Positions 12,726 to 26,540 of a stretch of 64,000 nucleotides of DNA are shown here, piece after piece. Source of the DNA: Cycas panzhihuaensis (lineage: Eukaryota > Plantae > Cycadophyta); contig CM041465.1 in the NCBI GenBank assembly GCA_023213395.1, forward strand, positions 190,533,741-190,597,740, in the 5' to 3' direction. Positions within the stretch are counted from its first letter, which is position 1, and every line of letters starts with the position of its first letter. The notes under the pieces are model-generated. The model did not search any database. It was not told the origin of the DNA and was given only the letters and a program-made list of their open reading frames with translations. The position numbers and the translations under genes were made by a program.

Positions 12726-14895
12726 GGGATATTGTGATGCAAGTTTTTCCTTGTTGGTTTCCTATATAATGAATTATAGTGATAAGAAGACAAGAAGTGA
12801 AGGGTCTTGAATAGAACTAGGATTTCACTTATGAAAAGATTATAATTATTGGCCTTAAGATATAATTTTATTATAGGATTTTATTTAGTGGAATTTTTTA
12901 ATGCTACATAATATGGAAGTTCAAGGGAAATAATTCAACTACCATGAGAATAGGATTTAGACTCATAATAGTTATTTCATTAAAGTTGATGTGTTTCTCT
13001 AATTTCATAGTTACTTCTTCTTTATCCTATTACCATGTAAACAACTTCTCACTTAGTTCATGCACCTTATTTAATTCCTCTTTAATTTGTTCAATGATAA
13101 ACTCTCCCTCTTTAATAGCTTACTTTTGTGTGTGTTGTGCTTCTTATTTTACATGCAAGTTTTTCCTTTCTTTGTAAATCATTTTTCTTTTTTTTGTAAT
13201 TATATTCAAATAAATGGTTTATGGCTATCTCTCTCTCTATTAGACATGATTTGGCCTTGTAAATTTGAATGTAATACTTGATGAAGAATTTTGAGATACT
13301 TGTTATGTTTACCACAATAAATATATTTTTCCTTATTAATAAATACTTGTGTAATGTATTTTGGTACTACTAATCAACAATAATCTCAATGGCAATGATA
13401 AACAACCCCCTAATTATAATACTTGATATAAAAATCTAATAGGAAAATGTGAAATTTTACCCACAACTATAAAATACAGAACTTTAGGAATGTTTGATAA
13501 TTAGAAGGATAATATTCTAATAATATTTTAATTTAAATATTTTGACCAATAACCTTATGAAATTCTAAATTTTTTCTATTATTTTTGTATTTGGATATAT
13601 GAGTTATTGTAAGATTATTCTCTCATTTGGTTGTGTATATGGTTATGGGATCATTCTTTGATTTGGCCATATGCATAGTGATTAACAAAAGATCCCTTCT
13701 CTTATATAGGCAAGAAGATGGTAGGAAAAGTACACTAAGTACTGTGGACATTTAGGAGAATGTTGAACATAGGGAAATATAATACTACAAAGATCATAAG
13801 TTTGAAATTGAGTGAGGTCCCCATAGAAGACTAATATACACTATTTATCTCAGGACAAGTCTTCATGTTCATAATATTCTCCTTATTCCCTTTAGGAACA
13901 ACTTTTTTATCATCCTTTATGCTTCAAAATACAAGCCCAATCTTATGCCTTCTGCAAATGTATTCAAATCTTTATCTAGCCTTCACTTCGAATTTCAAAT
14001 CCTAAGATGTTTTCATCTTGTAGTTGGCTTTAAGAGTTCACTACCTTGGTGGGTAGGTTTCCTTATAGATTTCAATTTTCCCATGCCTTCATATATTTTA
14101 GTGGTCTTACAAGAGTACTAGTAATGCTTAGAGCATTGAATTATGTTCAATTATTCAAATACTTTCCAATACCCTTCTTTTATACCTACAGATGATGGCA
14201 TCTCCAATTCTGCCCTTCATAACAAATTTACACACATATCTTTGATAGTTTATATGTTCCCTCCTTAGTTGATTTTCTTTCCCTTATTAAGGAATGATTC
14301 GTTCATTGTACTTCATCTATATATGGTGAAGCAATTTTTTATTTGCTTCCATATGATCAAATTTCTTAAGTTAAATATTTTGATTGCAAAGAGAACTATT
14401 TGCCTAACATTAATTTTTTAAATTTATCCTTGATGCTCAAATCATTTCAAAGTTCATAGGTTGGATTTGTATTACATACTACTATTAAGATTTATAATAA
14501 ACTAATAATTATTTGAATTGGGTTTAGGTAGGAAAGTTTATTTTGTTTGGTAGGTTGCCCATTGGGTAATATAAATATTATTCTATATAGACTTATTTTC
14601 ATATTTTTATCAAATATTAATTGAACTATTATATTTCTTTACTTACTTCTTAGCATGTGCAATCTTTGGTTTTCATTAGTACTCTATAAGTGGTATCAAA
14701 GCTTCATTTATAGTATCTATAGTAAAATACCTCTCCTCAATAGATAAATTTAAGGCTAGATTACTTAGGTAAATCAATCATTATAGCTCTGTTATTTCCT
14801 ATTATGTATTTTCTCTTACTCCTATCATCCTTATCTTTTTTCCTACCTGACTTGTCCTCTCATTTAATAGTATCTCTATATTAGACACAACATAC

Positions 14896-17800
14896 TGAAG
14901 GATGGATGGATCTAGAGAATAAATCACTCACATGCACACAATGGTAATGGAGAATGAAAAAGAGATTAAACAAGATATGGGAGCAAGCTTGAAGGTGAGA
15001 ATGAAAGAATGACTCCCTCCTTGAGATTTCGTCTTTTATTATTAAGGGTGAGCATTAGGGTTAGGATTTTCCTGCCTAATGACATAAACCAAAATTACAT
15101 CTAAATGCATATAAAGTGTATTTCATTAAGAGACTAATGCTAACAATATATCCTAAGGTCACATAATTAATTTATACAAATGACCTTGATACATTAACCT
15201 CTTTGAATCCCACCCTTAATGGTGGAAGATCATTGTGAGAAAATCTATTCTATGAGGTCTTCATTTGAGTATTATTATTAGATTGAAATTCTAAATGACA
15301 ATTTTGTAGGAAAGTCCTCACAGGGAATAAAAACCCACGAACTTTCTAAGATCTATAGCACCTTTTATAAATTAAAATGGCTAAGGTGGCTCTTTGATGT
15401 AGCCTGATAGCCAAGAAGCTTAAATGTGCAGCTTAATCTACTGAGTCTCCATATATTGTTTGGTCATCCCCTATGCCCTTTTGGGTTTTCATAGGTTTTG
15501 ATTTTCTGAAACTAGTACAACCCTTATCCTTCCATGCCCACATGGAATTTTCATAAATAGGATAGAGCAGAGACTTACTCTTATTCTTTTGTGCCTACAA
15601 GGGGTTTTCACAAAGAGAATAGAGTATGATAATCCTATTGCCATTTTCTTTTATCGGTTGAAGATGGAGGCCCTAAGGCTAAGCTACCTTTAGAACTATT
15701 CAAACTTCACCTTTTACAGTTGTTTGGTGAAGATATCAACCACTTGATCTTCTATGGGACAATATTCCTATTAAATTGTTCCATCATGAATAAGTTCTCT
15801 AATCTTGTGGGCTTTCGTACTTATGTATTTGGTACGATTGTGAAATACAAGAATTTTCACCATGTAGATTGCTGATTGATTATCCACATGAAGACTCGTA
15901 GGACTTGTTTGGGTGATATTCAATGTTTCTAATAATTTTCTTAGCCATATCACCTCCTTACTAGTCTCAAAAGCATCAATGTATTTAGCTTCAATAGTTG
16001 AATCTACAACTATCTTCTTCTATTTGAATCTCTATGATATTGGTGCTATTCCAAGAAATGTTACATCCACAGACGTAGATCTTCTTGTATCTTTATCTCC
16101 TACAAAGTCTGAGTCTATGTATACAGAAAGTTTAAAGTCTAAATTAGATTCATACAATAGACCATATTTGTTGGTTATCTTAAGGTATCTCAACACTCAC
16201 ATTGCTGCCTGTTAATGGTTCTACTTAGGATTTGTTATATAACGAGCAAGAATGCCAACAGAGTGTGCAATATCTGACCTTGTATTGGTAGTATATATGA
16301 GACTACCTACAAGTTTCTTCTAGAGTGTTACATCTGCCTCCTTAGTATCACCTTCAATTGAGAGTTTGGTATTAGGGTTCATAGGTAAAGCCACCGGTCG
16401 AGCATCTTCTAATTGAAACTTGGTTAGAAGATCGTTGATGTATTTTTCTTAGGAGAGGAAAATTTTTTCATTCTTTTGTGTTACTTCAATTCTCAAGTAA
16501 TATTTCATTAAATTGAGGTTAGACAATTTGAATGTTTTGCCAAGGTTATTTTTCAGCTGGCTTATTGCCTGTTCATTATTACTTATTACTAGCATGTCAT
16601 CCACAAGATTATGAGATAAGTGACATTATCCTTATGGTGCTTGATGAACAATGTTGCATCAATATCTTAGTAGTTACAAACATCGTATCCAAGTTGCCTC
16701 GTTCTTTCAGACAACTTGGCAAACCAAGCACGAGGGGCTTGTTTAAGGCCGTACAAGGACTTTCTAAGCTTGCAAACCTTATGCTCTTGACCTTCGATCT
16801 CATATCCTTCTAGTTGAGCCATGTAAATTTCTTCTTCAAGATCTCCATTAAGAAATACAGTCTTAATATCGAGTTGGTGGATTTTCTAACCCTGTTGAGT
16901 AGCCAAGGCCACAAGAGTTCTAATTGTAGGCCACTTAGTTGTAGGTGCAAATACTTCAGTGTAGTCGATGCATTCCCTTTGCATAAATCCTTTAGCTACC
17001 AATATCGCCTTATGTTTTTCAAGGGTTCCATCTGATCTATATTTATTTTTGAACACCCATTTATTTTGAACTACCTTTCTGCCAAGTGGTAGATCAATGA
17101 GCCCCCATGTACAGTTCTTGATAAGAGATTGGTACTCTTCATTCATGGCATTTCTCCAAACTATATGCTTTATAGCTTCTTCGTATGTTAGGGGCTCTTC
17201 ATTAAGAGTAAGGTGTAGTTCTATTAGTTCAATCTCACTATATAATAATTCCTACACCCTTGCTCTATGGGCACTTCGAGTGTCAATTTTACCCACCTCA
17301 TCTGGTCGTATGTCCTTATTGAGTTGGCAGGCTTCTCGAGATCCTCGAGTTGGAAATGAGGTTCTCATTTCCTCAACTTCTTGGTTCTCATCTTGTTTAT
17401 TAAAATGATTATTTTGTGAGGAGGATGTTGATGTGCTTGAGAAAGATAGTCCGTCTGCCACTATTTTACCTTTGTCGACTAAAGGTGGAGAGGATGGTTC
17501 TTCTATAATGGCTTTGCCTTTGTTAACTCTGCTATCTTCAAAGGATGGTACTGGATGTACACTCATCCATTTAAAGTCACAATTTATATCCTCTGAGGCT
17601 CTATTATTAGCTTCCAATATTTGGAGTAATTTATGTCCGCCCCCTCCCCCCAACTTTTGGAATCTAAACATCATACTTGATCACATGATTATAACAGTAT
17701 GAGGGTACTTTAGAGTCCAGTTTAAGTAACTAATCCTCTGTATCCATAAAAACGACATCTTTGGTAATGATGATTTTTTATTGTAAAGGTATAAAAACCT

Positions 17801-20800
17801 TATACTCTTTCTTATCCATAGCTTATCCAATAGAGATGCCTTTAAGTGACCTTGGCTGGAGTTTATTTCAATCTGAATCTAGAATATGGGCATAACATGT
17901 AGAGCTAAAAATTTTGAAGTAGTAAATAATGGGAGCTTGTCCTAACCACGTTTCATTAGGTGATTATACTTCCTTAGATGGGCTAATAACATTGATATAG
18001 TAAACAATTATCTAGATAGATTTTACCCATAGGTAAGTAGGTACATTTTTGTATATCAACATAGCCTAAGCCATGTTCATGATTATCGTGTTCATGCACT
18101 CGACAACTCCATTTTCCTTGGGGTACCTGCTACTATTATTTGATGCTTAACGCCATTGTCTCGACGGTAGCTTTAAAACTCATGTGAGGTATATTTGCCA
18201 CCATTATCAGTTTGAAGACATTTGAGTTGATAACCTAACTCTTTTCAGTGAGGGTTTTGAATTCTTTGAATACACGAAAGGCTTCATCTTTCATAGAAAA
18301 ATTACCCATACTTTTCTAGTGAAATCATTAATGAAAGAGATGTAACATAACTTACCCTTTAGTGAAGGAATGGGCATTGGCCCACACAAATCAAAGTATA
18401 CACATTGTAATAGATGGCTCTATTTCTACTGACTTTTAGAAAATAGTTGTCGATGAGATTTGGTAATGATATAAGCTTCACATTTAAAGGGCTTAGAGGA
18501 GAACTTTAGAAGATTTGAAAGAGTGTTAGAAATATCTCTAAGTCTATCAATGTGAATATGGCCCATGTGAGCATGACAAATAGCTTCTAGTGATAATGTT
18601 GGATGGGTCAAAATGGAATTAAATGTAAATTCTTCATTAGCACAAGGGCCTTAGGCATAATGAGCTTCAGAAGATGGAGAGTCATTTAGTCAAAAGAGTT
18701 TGCCAGATAGATATCTAGTCAAAGCCACTTGATTAGTTAGAGGGTGAATGACCTGGAGAGTATGGTCATTTTCAATTACACTCAAATCAAATCCATGAGA
18801 GACAAGTGTGGATAAGGAGAGTATGTTTTGTTTGAGATTGGGTATATATACGACATCAAGCAATATAAAATCTTCTAGGCCTGGGAGTTTCAAGTGAATG
18901 TTACCAATTCCTTCAATAGGTTGTTGTGATTTATCAGCCATGTGAACAACTCCTTGAACATTTGAGTCAAATGTCTAATGTATACTACGATTATACATTA
19001 TATGTTAAGTTGCTCCTGTGTCCATGATCCACTGTCTATCGATTGAACCTACATTATTGGTAATTCTAATAGGGCTTGGCATTGATGAAGGGAATTCACA
19101 AGTGATATATCCACATCTATCTTCAAAGTATCTATTTAGTTGGTCAATGGTATTTGATGCTGAAGATCCCTCAATTCTTTGAATGTGTGCTTGTACAAAA
19201 CCTGCACCACTAAAGGATTCTTTATAAGTTTCTTCAACATTGTGAGCTCCATGTTTTGGTTAGAAATTGGCCAACTTATAAGTGGCAATTCTGTAGTCTT
19301 TTATTAAGTGTCCTTTACGGTTATATGGATCACACATAATAGTTTGATTACCAGTCCCTTAGGAGGTAGTGGTTTGGCCTGATTGTCTTGCTCTTTATTG
19401 AGGTGGCCCTTGTCATTGATACTGTCAAGGTTGTAACTAAGGGTTTTTTTAACCTTGTGGATAATTTCCCATGTTTCCTCCTCTTCTTCTTACTCGATTA
19501 TTTCCTTTGCCACGAGAGGGACCTTGATTCTTTGTATAACAAACTTCGTGTTCCACCTCAAAGGCTGCATCTAGAAGAGATTCAGAGGCTATAAAGTTTA
19601 TATCAAAGCTCTTGTCAAATTCTATGAACTTATCAACAAGTACTTCAAAGTTAAGTGTCTTTAATATTCCACTAGATTGAAGACTTCCAAGCAAGTTTTC
19701 ATAATCAAGAGTATGTAAATATGACTGGATTAAGAATGCCCAAGTGATACATTGGGTCTTAAAATCTTTATCAATTGCCTGTTTAATTGGTCTAAGGAGA
19801 TTTATTGTCTCATAAGCTCGTCCCTTCTACATTTTTAATTTGTTTATTTTCAGAACAAGATGAACAAATTCTAAATCTGACATGGTATCAAAGTTCTTCT
19901 TGAGAACTTCAAGGACCTTCCAAGCTATATCATGTTGCTCTTTGTTAATCAAGTTGTGCAAGGAGTGATTAGTAACCAACAGAATTCCTGCATGAATCTT
20001 TTCATCATATATCTCCTATTGTAGTTTGGTTATAGCATCTGTAGGAGCTATTGGGATGGATCCACCGAAAGAAGGTGTTGTAGTTGTTGCTGGTATGTTA
20101 GGTGTAAGCTGCAAGTAGGCTCTCAAAAGGCCTTCATACTTTGCAACATTTTTAACTCCAGTGTACCATAGATGCCAATTTTCTTTACCTTTTAATATGT
20201 AGTTAACATTATGCTTGAATTGATATGACATGGTGATGATGAAGAAGTAGAAGAGATAATAGAAGTATGTGCTACTGATATGTGTGGCTAATATACCTAG
20301 CGCAACACGGATGTAGAAATAAATTCTATGATGAGAAATAAACAATGATTTAAGTTTTTTTTTTTTCAATAATTATGAAAAAATGAATATAAGCAATTAT
20401 GCAAGAATGAGGCCTAATATAGAGCTGGTAAAGAGTGGTGATGTGTTATGCCACTAACCTCTCACTTATGTATAAATGTAAGTGAGGTTTCGATGCCTAA
20501 GGCTTCTAGTATACAATTAAATCCTTCACCTGCGATACCCACACTTGTGCTTGATGATGAAATCCAAGCCACAATGGAGCCCAAGTACTCTCGGTCCTCA
20601 CCTAGTTTGCCAATGAGTAGCTATATACCTCCTTTGAAGAGTCAAATGGTACTGCATATCCCACGGCTATGATGAATATTAGACCAAGTTAATTTTAATC
20701 TTGCATTAAGGTTTTCAGTTTTCCTCGGTAGTTATCAGGATTATCCTTAATTGGAGGCTGTAGGTATGGTTAACCTATCTTTCTACCACTATTCTGGTTA

Positions 20801-22491
20801 AGACCAAACCCAGTATGAAACTCACACATTCCTTAAGGCTTAGACTTTGGCTAACCTTGGTCTATTTCAACCAAGGCGAGTATGTGCACAAGTCAAGAAC
20901 TAGCAGTATAGATCGTACATATGAGATTTCTTTTAGGAATAGTGTAAGATATTTTCGTATAACTAAAAACTAAAATAGAAATTTACCAAATGTACTTGTT
21001 TGATTTTTGTTCTTACTTTGTTATTGTCGTTGCTTTATGTGATGCTTTATGTTATGTGTGCAATTAGAAAAATCATACTAGATTTAGTAAGGGAACTAGA
21101 TGTTGCTTCTGATCCAAGGTTTCCCTTACTTTAGTACGATGTTTCGAAATATGTTTTTGGAAGTTCTGATATAAAAGATATAATGAGATAAAAAGTGGAT
21201 CAACTCGCCACTAAAATGCTAATTTTTCTAAATCTATATGCATGTTATTTTTCCCTATTTTGTGAATTTTTTACAAAATTTATAAATAATGATAAATGGG
21301 TATAATTTTTAAAAATTACAAATATGAAGGCCTAAATGATGAAATATGAGCTTATGATAGAAGGAAAAAGTGTTTAGAATATCATTTCTAGTAGAGTTGT
21401 CAAGTCAGATTTCTTAAAAGGCACAAAAAAAAAAATTGTTTGAAAAAGCATAAAAGTAAAATCCTACTAGATCCACTATCTCAGAATCTAAACCTCAATA
21501 TATAAAAAGTTATGTTTTGACACGTACATTAACTTTCCTTTCTACACCATGTCTAAAATATTCCAAAAATACCCTTGTAATATCTTTTGTAGGGATGAGT
21601 AGGCAAAATCAGCAACCATGAGAAAACTGCATAGATCTCACTAACTAGTGGATAAAATTTGATGAGATTTATCTTAAACTGATCCTAAGACATATATATA
21701 CCAGATCCATTAATAAAACATTTAGATTTTAGATAATAATTAAAGGATTTCATTAGGAAAAGTGCCTTAAATCACTTATCTAAAAATTTTACCCTTTCGT
21801 CATAGTTAAAATTCACTATTTCAGGGTGAATTTGAAGTTGCTCTAGATGACAAAAATGATCCTTTAGACAATGGGACTTTACATGCCAAATTTTATCAAA
21901 TTCTGATATGGTCAAAATTTTTAATGAAATTATAGGCCTTTAATGCTTTCGGGACTATTATGGCAGCCGAACGGCTTCAAAAACCTGTACTCTTCACATC
22001 TAAATTTTTTCACACATATATAAAAAAGTAACATATAAACTATTATAATTTTAATCTTTCAAAATGTTAAAAATGATGAATGCACTCTCAATACTTCATA
22101 TTGAAGGTGAAGGAGAGGCAAAATGACTCTATGCAAGTGGAATAGAGTGAATAGATCCCTTTCTAGCTCTGATACCACATGAAGAAAGTATGGATCTAGG
22201 GAATAAATCACTCATATGCACACAATAGCAATGGAGAATGAAAAAGAGAGAAAATAAGATATGACAGCAAGCTTCGAGGTGAGAATGAAATAATGACTCC
22301 CTTCTTGAGATTTTAACTTTTATTATTGAGGGTGAGGATTAGGGTTAGAATTTTCCCACCTAATGACATGAACCTAAAATAACATCTAAATGCACATAAA
22401 GTGTACTCCATTAAGAGACAAATGCTAACAATATATCCTAAGGTCACATAATTAATCTACATAAATGACCTTGATACATTAACCTCTTTTA
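14896..22491 (-). mobile_element. Full-length decayed Ty1/Copia element Z nested in the 5' leader of G2
   Basis: LTRs 14896-15206 and 22180-22491 (~89% identical by eye). TSD CATAC at 14891-14895 and 22492-22496. Intact PBS (rc TGGTATCAGAGC) at 22166-22177; PPT rc ATCCCACCCTT at 15207. Domain order gag-PR-INT-RT-RH. Confidence 0.95.
15655..20231 (-). pseudogene. Copia gag-pol of element Z, with multiple stops and frameshifts
   Basis: Start 'MSYQFKHNVNYILKGKENWHLW' at 20231; protease 'WIMDTGAT' ~19020; RT in ORF 16886-17146 ('KWVFKNKYRSDGTLEKHKAILVAKGF'); RNase H in ORF 15771-15953 ('HVDNQSAI...FHNRTKYI'). Confidence 0.9.
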
Positions 22492-22946
22492 CATACTTTT
22501 GTGACTTCAACCTTTATCTTTTAGATTTTGTTCATTCTATTATGTTCTAAACCATTGTGTATATTAATAATGCCTACTTCTTTAGTTCTCATGTTCCATT
22601 AGTTACCAAGAATCATATATATCACTACTCTTCTTAACTCATGTCATCATCTTCATTCTATCTATTACTAATATTTTAATTACATTTATATTCATGCTTT
22701 TATTTTAATTAGTCGCTAGACCTTTTCATTAGTCCTTAACATGCATCTGACCATCTTGAAATCCTTGTAATCCTATTGTATCCTTCTCTCTAGTTTCCAC
22801 ATGTTATTGTCTATCTTACCTACATACTAGGTTTATTATAGGTCAATGTAATAAAAATTTAAACTTATAGATTGCAAATATTAGGAAAGTTATATTATCA
22901 TAAAAATATATTCTTACCTTTTAAAATTTAAATATTTTACCACCAA

Positions 22947-23008
22947 ATCACCATTGGTATCCTAATCCTTACATTTTATCACCGTTGGTATCCTAATCCT
23001 TACATTTT
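22947..23008. repeat. 31-bp tandem duplication
   Basis: ATCACCATTGGTATCCTAATCCTTACATTTT followed by ATCACCGTTGGTATCCTAATCCTTACATTTT (one difference). Confidence 0.95.
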
Positions 23009-26000
23009 ACATTAGCATTATACCTTATTAAATCTTTGGTTCCACCCCATTCATTCCATCTCTACATCCATCTTATTCATCCATTATGTGATATCTTCAT
23101 TCTAAGTTTGTCTCACCATAAGCTTACCTCATCCAAGGTTATAGTACAACTAGAGGTTCTTTCATATAGCACATTTATGAATGTAAAATAGAATCTAAAT
23201 TTGAGATACCTAATGAAGAATGAGAGGAAACTAAAATAATCATCATAACACCACTTACAAGCATGATTGAATTTGTAATATAAGCCTCTAGCTAAGTTTT
23301 ATATCACATGCTATAAGATATATTAAAAAAATTAATAATTATTATATGTGACCATAAAGGGAAGGGACAAATATTAAAGGATGAAGAAGGTGATGGTAGT
23401 AAGTTAAAAGGCCAAATTCTAAAGAAGTACCAAGATTTGTTAACCTAACAAATAACCCTATAAGGAAGTACATGCATAACTGCCAAAATTTAACACTAGA
23501 GAAATAAAAGATGATTGGACTTTTAAGCCTATTTCAATTACTTACAATCAATAAAAGAATATAAAAAATGAATAAATTACAAAAAATAGCCATATAATAC
23601 TTCAACACTAAGTAGAAAACTCATGAATCCAAGATGTAGGTTCAATAAATAGAGCAATTTTTCTATTTAGTGGAAGCCAAACTAGTAGAACAAGTGCCAT
23701 TAATCACCTTACACATGGATGAAAATACTTGTGACTGGTTGAGAACCTTAGAGCATAGCATATTCTAAAGCTAGTTACTAGCTTGGGTGAGTTTGTCTAC
23801 CTATTCATTAAAAGATTTGAAGATGCAACATTCACAAAGATAATCTATGTAGTAGAGGATATTTTAGTTAAGATACCCATTCAATTGTATGTTGATAGGC
23901 TCATAATACAGATTCAAGTATATGTTAAGACTTTGTGACTTGTCAATCTTAACAAAGACATAATTGGTAATAATATATAAGGATAAGGATAATTCTCTAT
24001 GGAAGGTAAAAATAAACTCCCACATTCCACTATTTACTTGATATAGCCTACTACATACTAAACCCAATTAACCAATTAGGTAAGTTCGTCAAATAACTAA
24101 AGTAGAACAATAAGAGTTGAGAAGAAAGAGCCTATGTTTTAGATGTGTTGAGAAGTATGGACCTAGGAATAAGCATTAGAAGAATCAACTATATAAAATC
24201 ATCTTAACACCTATACATGAGGATAAAAGGGAATAAGAGGAAGAAAGTCTAGAAATATTTTAAGAGGACTTTCATAGTCATAAAATGAATATCTCAAAAA
24301 TATTATTCTTGATAATAATTGGTCTCATTGAACTAAACATCTCAAAACTATGGAGCTTTATTAAAAAAATAAGGCTATCACAATCTTGGTATATCTAAGT
24401 GACACCTATAATTTCATTGACCAAGTATTTACACAACACCTATTGTTGTTCCTATCGAGGACACCTTGTCTTCAAGTAAGCTTTGAAATAAGATAGGTTA
24501 TATTAGGGCAAAGTATGATGGAAAATCTTATGATCATTATGGGTGATGTTGTTATTACAAAAAACTTTTATGTCCTTGATGTTAGACGATATCATTATAC
24601 GTAGCTAATAACTTAGAATAATTTAGAAATTTGAAAGGAATTTAAATGATTTATTCATGAGATATAAACAAAAAGGTAAGACTATCATCTTCCAAGGGGA
24701 GAAGCCAAGAACAACTCTAATAATATCATGTGTGTATGTGTGTATAGATATATATAAGTTATTTAAAAAGGGCCACCAACACATAGTGGCTTAACATTTT
24801 GTACTGCATCTAGAGGTGATGCTAGTAATAGAAGAGAAAGAACTATAAGAAATCTTTTAAAAGCTCAAAGACATCTTCTAATATCCTCCAATAGTATTAG
24901 TAATATATAGAAGCTTAGAACATTAGAATGCGATCAAAGTTAATACCAATCACATCATCATTAGGCCATATAGCCAACTATACCACTACTAAAATGAGAT
25001 TGAATTTTTTGTTTAGGAACTATTGAAACTAAGAGTGATAGTTCCTAATAATACCTCGTTCATATCTCTTGTAGTTCAAATAAGGAAAACATATGGATCT
25101 TTTCGCATGTATGTTAACTATCAAGTATTGAATAAAGTCATAATCAAAAATAAATTTTCCATAGTAAGAATTAATAATCTTCTAAGTGAATTACAAGAAT
25201 CCAAGTATTTCTTAAAAACTAATATAAGGTTAGGGTACTAATAAATTTGAATCAAGCTAACAGACACTTAGAAGACTCCCTTTAGCATGTACCATGGCTA
25301 CTATAAGTTCAAGGTAATTCCTTTTGGATTCACAAATGTACCATCCATGTTTTAAGATGCTATGAATAACTTTCTTAGCCTTTCTTACATTCTTTTTTAT
25401 GATATATTAATATTGAATAAGAGTAGAAAATTCACATTAAATATGTAGATTAAGTAGTAAGCATTTTGAAGAAACAAAAGTTCTTTAAAAAGTAATTAAA
25501 GTGTTAATTTAGATAAAAGGAGATAGATTACTCAAGGCATATTATTTCAAAATAAGATATAAAAGTAGATCCAAGAAGAGTTATGGCCATCCTCAAATGG
25601 CCCATAAATAAGAATATTTCTATGCTCAAAGGATTTTTGGAATTGGTTTGATACTCTAGATGCTTTATCAAGAAGAATGCCCAAAAAACGCAAGTCCTCA
25701 TAAAATTATTAAAAATGGATTCTTTTCATTAGGAAGAGGAGATCATTAGTTGCTTTGAGAATCTCAAGTAATCCATGACTAATCTACCAATGTTAGCATC
25801 ACTAGACTTTTTAAGCACTTTCATCGTCAAATGTGATACATTAAGAAACACAATAGGAGTGGTCTTAATTTAAGAAAGAGGTCAATTTCTTTATTTTAGA
25901 AGAAAATTGAATAATTGAGAGTGACTTAAGTTTACTTATGATAAAGAAATGTTAGTAATTATATATGCTTTAGTTAAATGATGAAAATATCTAACAAGTA

Positions 26001-26228
26001 GTCAATTCATTATGAAAATAGATCATAATAGTCTATAATACCTCCTCAAGTAGAAGGAATTGTCTCAATAACAATAGAAATTGGTGAGCAAGATTTAAGG
26101 TTTTAATTATAAGGGGTAAATTAAATATAGTAGTTAATGTAATATCTAATAGGGATGAGGAACCTTGACTTTGAGTAGTCTCAATGATAGAACAAATGGG
26201 GTTGATAGAAATATAAGAAGAATATACT

Positions 26229-26540
26229 TGAAAGAGGTTAATGTATCAAGGTCATTTGTGTAGATTAATTATGTGACCTTAGGATATATTATTAGGATTA
26301 GTCTCTTAATGAAATATACTTTATGTGCATTTAGATGTAATTTTGGGTTCATGTCATTAGGCAGGAAAATCCTAACCCTAATGCTCACCCTTAATAATAA
26401 AAGGTGAAATCTAAAGGAGGGAGCCATTATTCATTCTCACCTCCAAGCTTGCTCTCATATCTTGTTTTATCTTCTTTTTTATTCTCCATTGCCATTGTGT
26501 GCATGTGAGTGATTTATCTCCTAGATCCATCCTTTCTTCA
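26229..26540 (+). mobile_element. Solo LTR of the Z family, opposite orientation to Z
   Basis: Reverse complement of the Z LTRs, with TG...CA ends and perfect TSD ATACT at 26224-26228 and 26541-26545. Interrupts G2 pol between RNase H and integrase. Confidence 0.95.

Noticed and set aside
12900-14440. Further retroelement coding remnants on the minus strand
   Set aside because: Too degenerate to assign domains or boundaries by eye.
14896-26540. Gene conversion or chimerism between the Z left LTR and the solo LTR
   Set aside because: A rough three-way comparison gives only mild asymmetry in private differences, compatible with independent decay.
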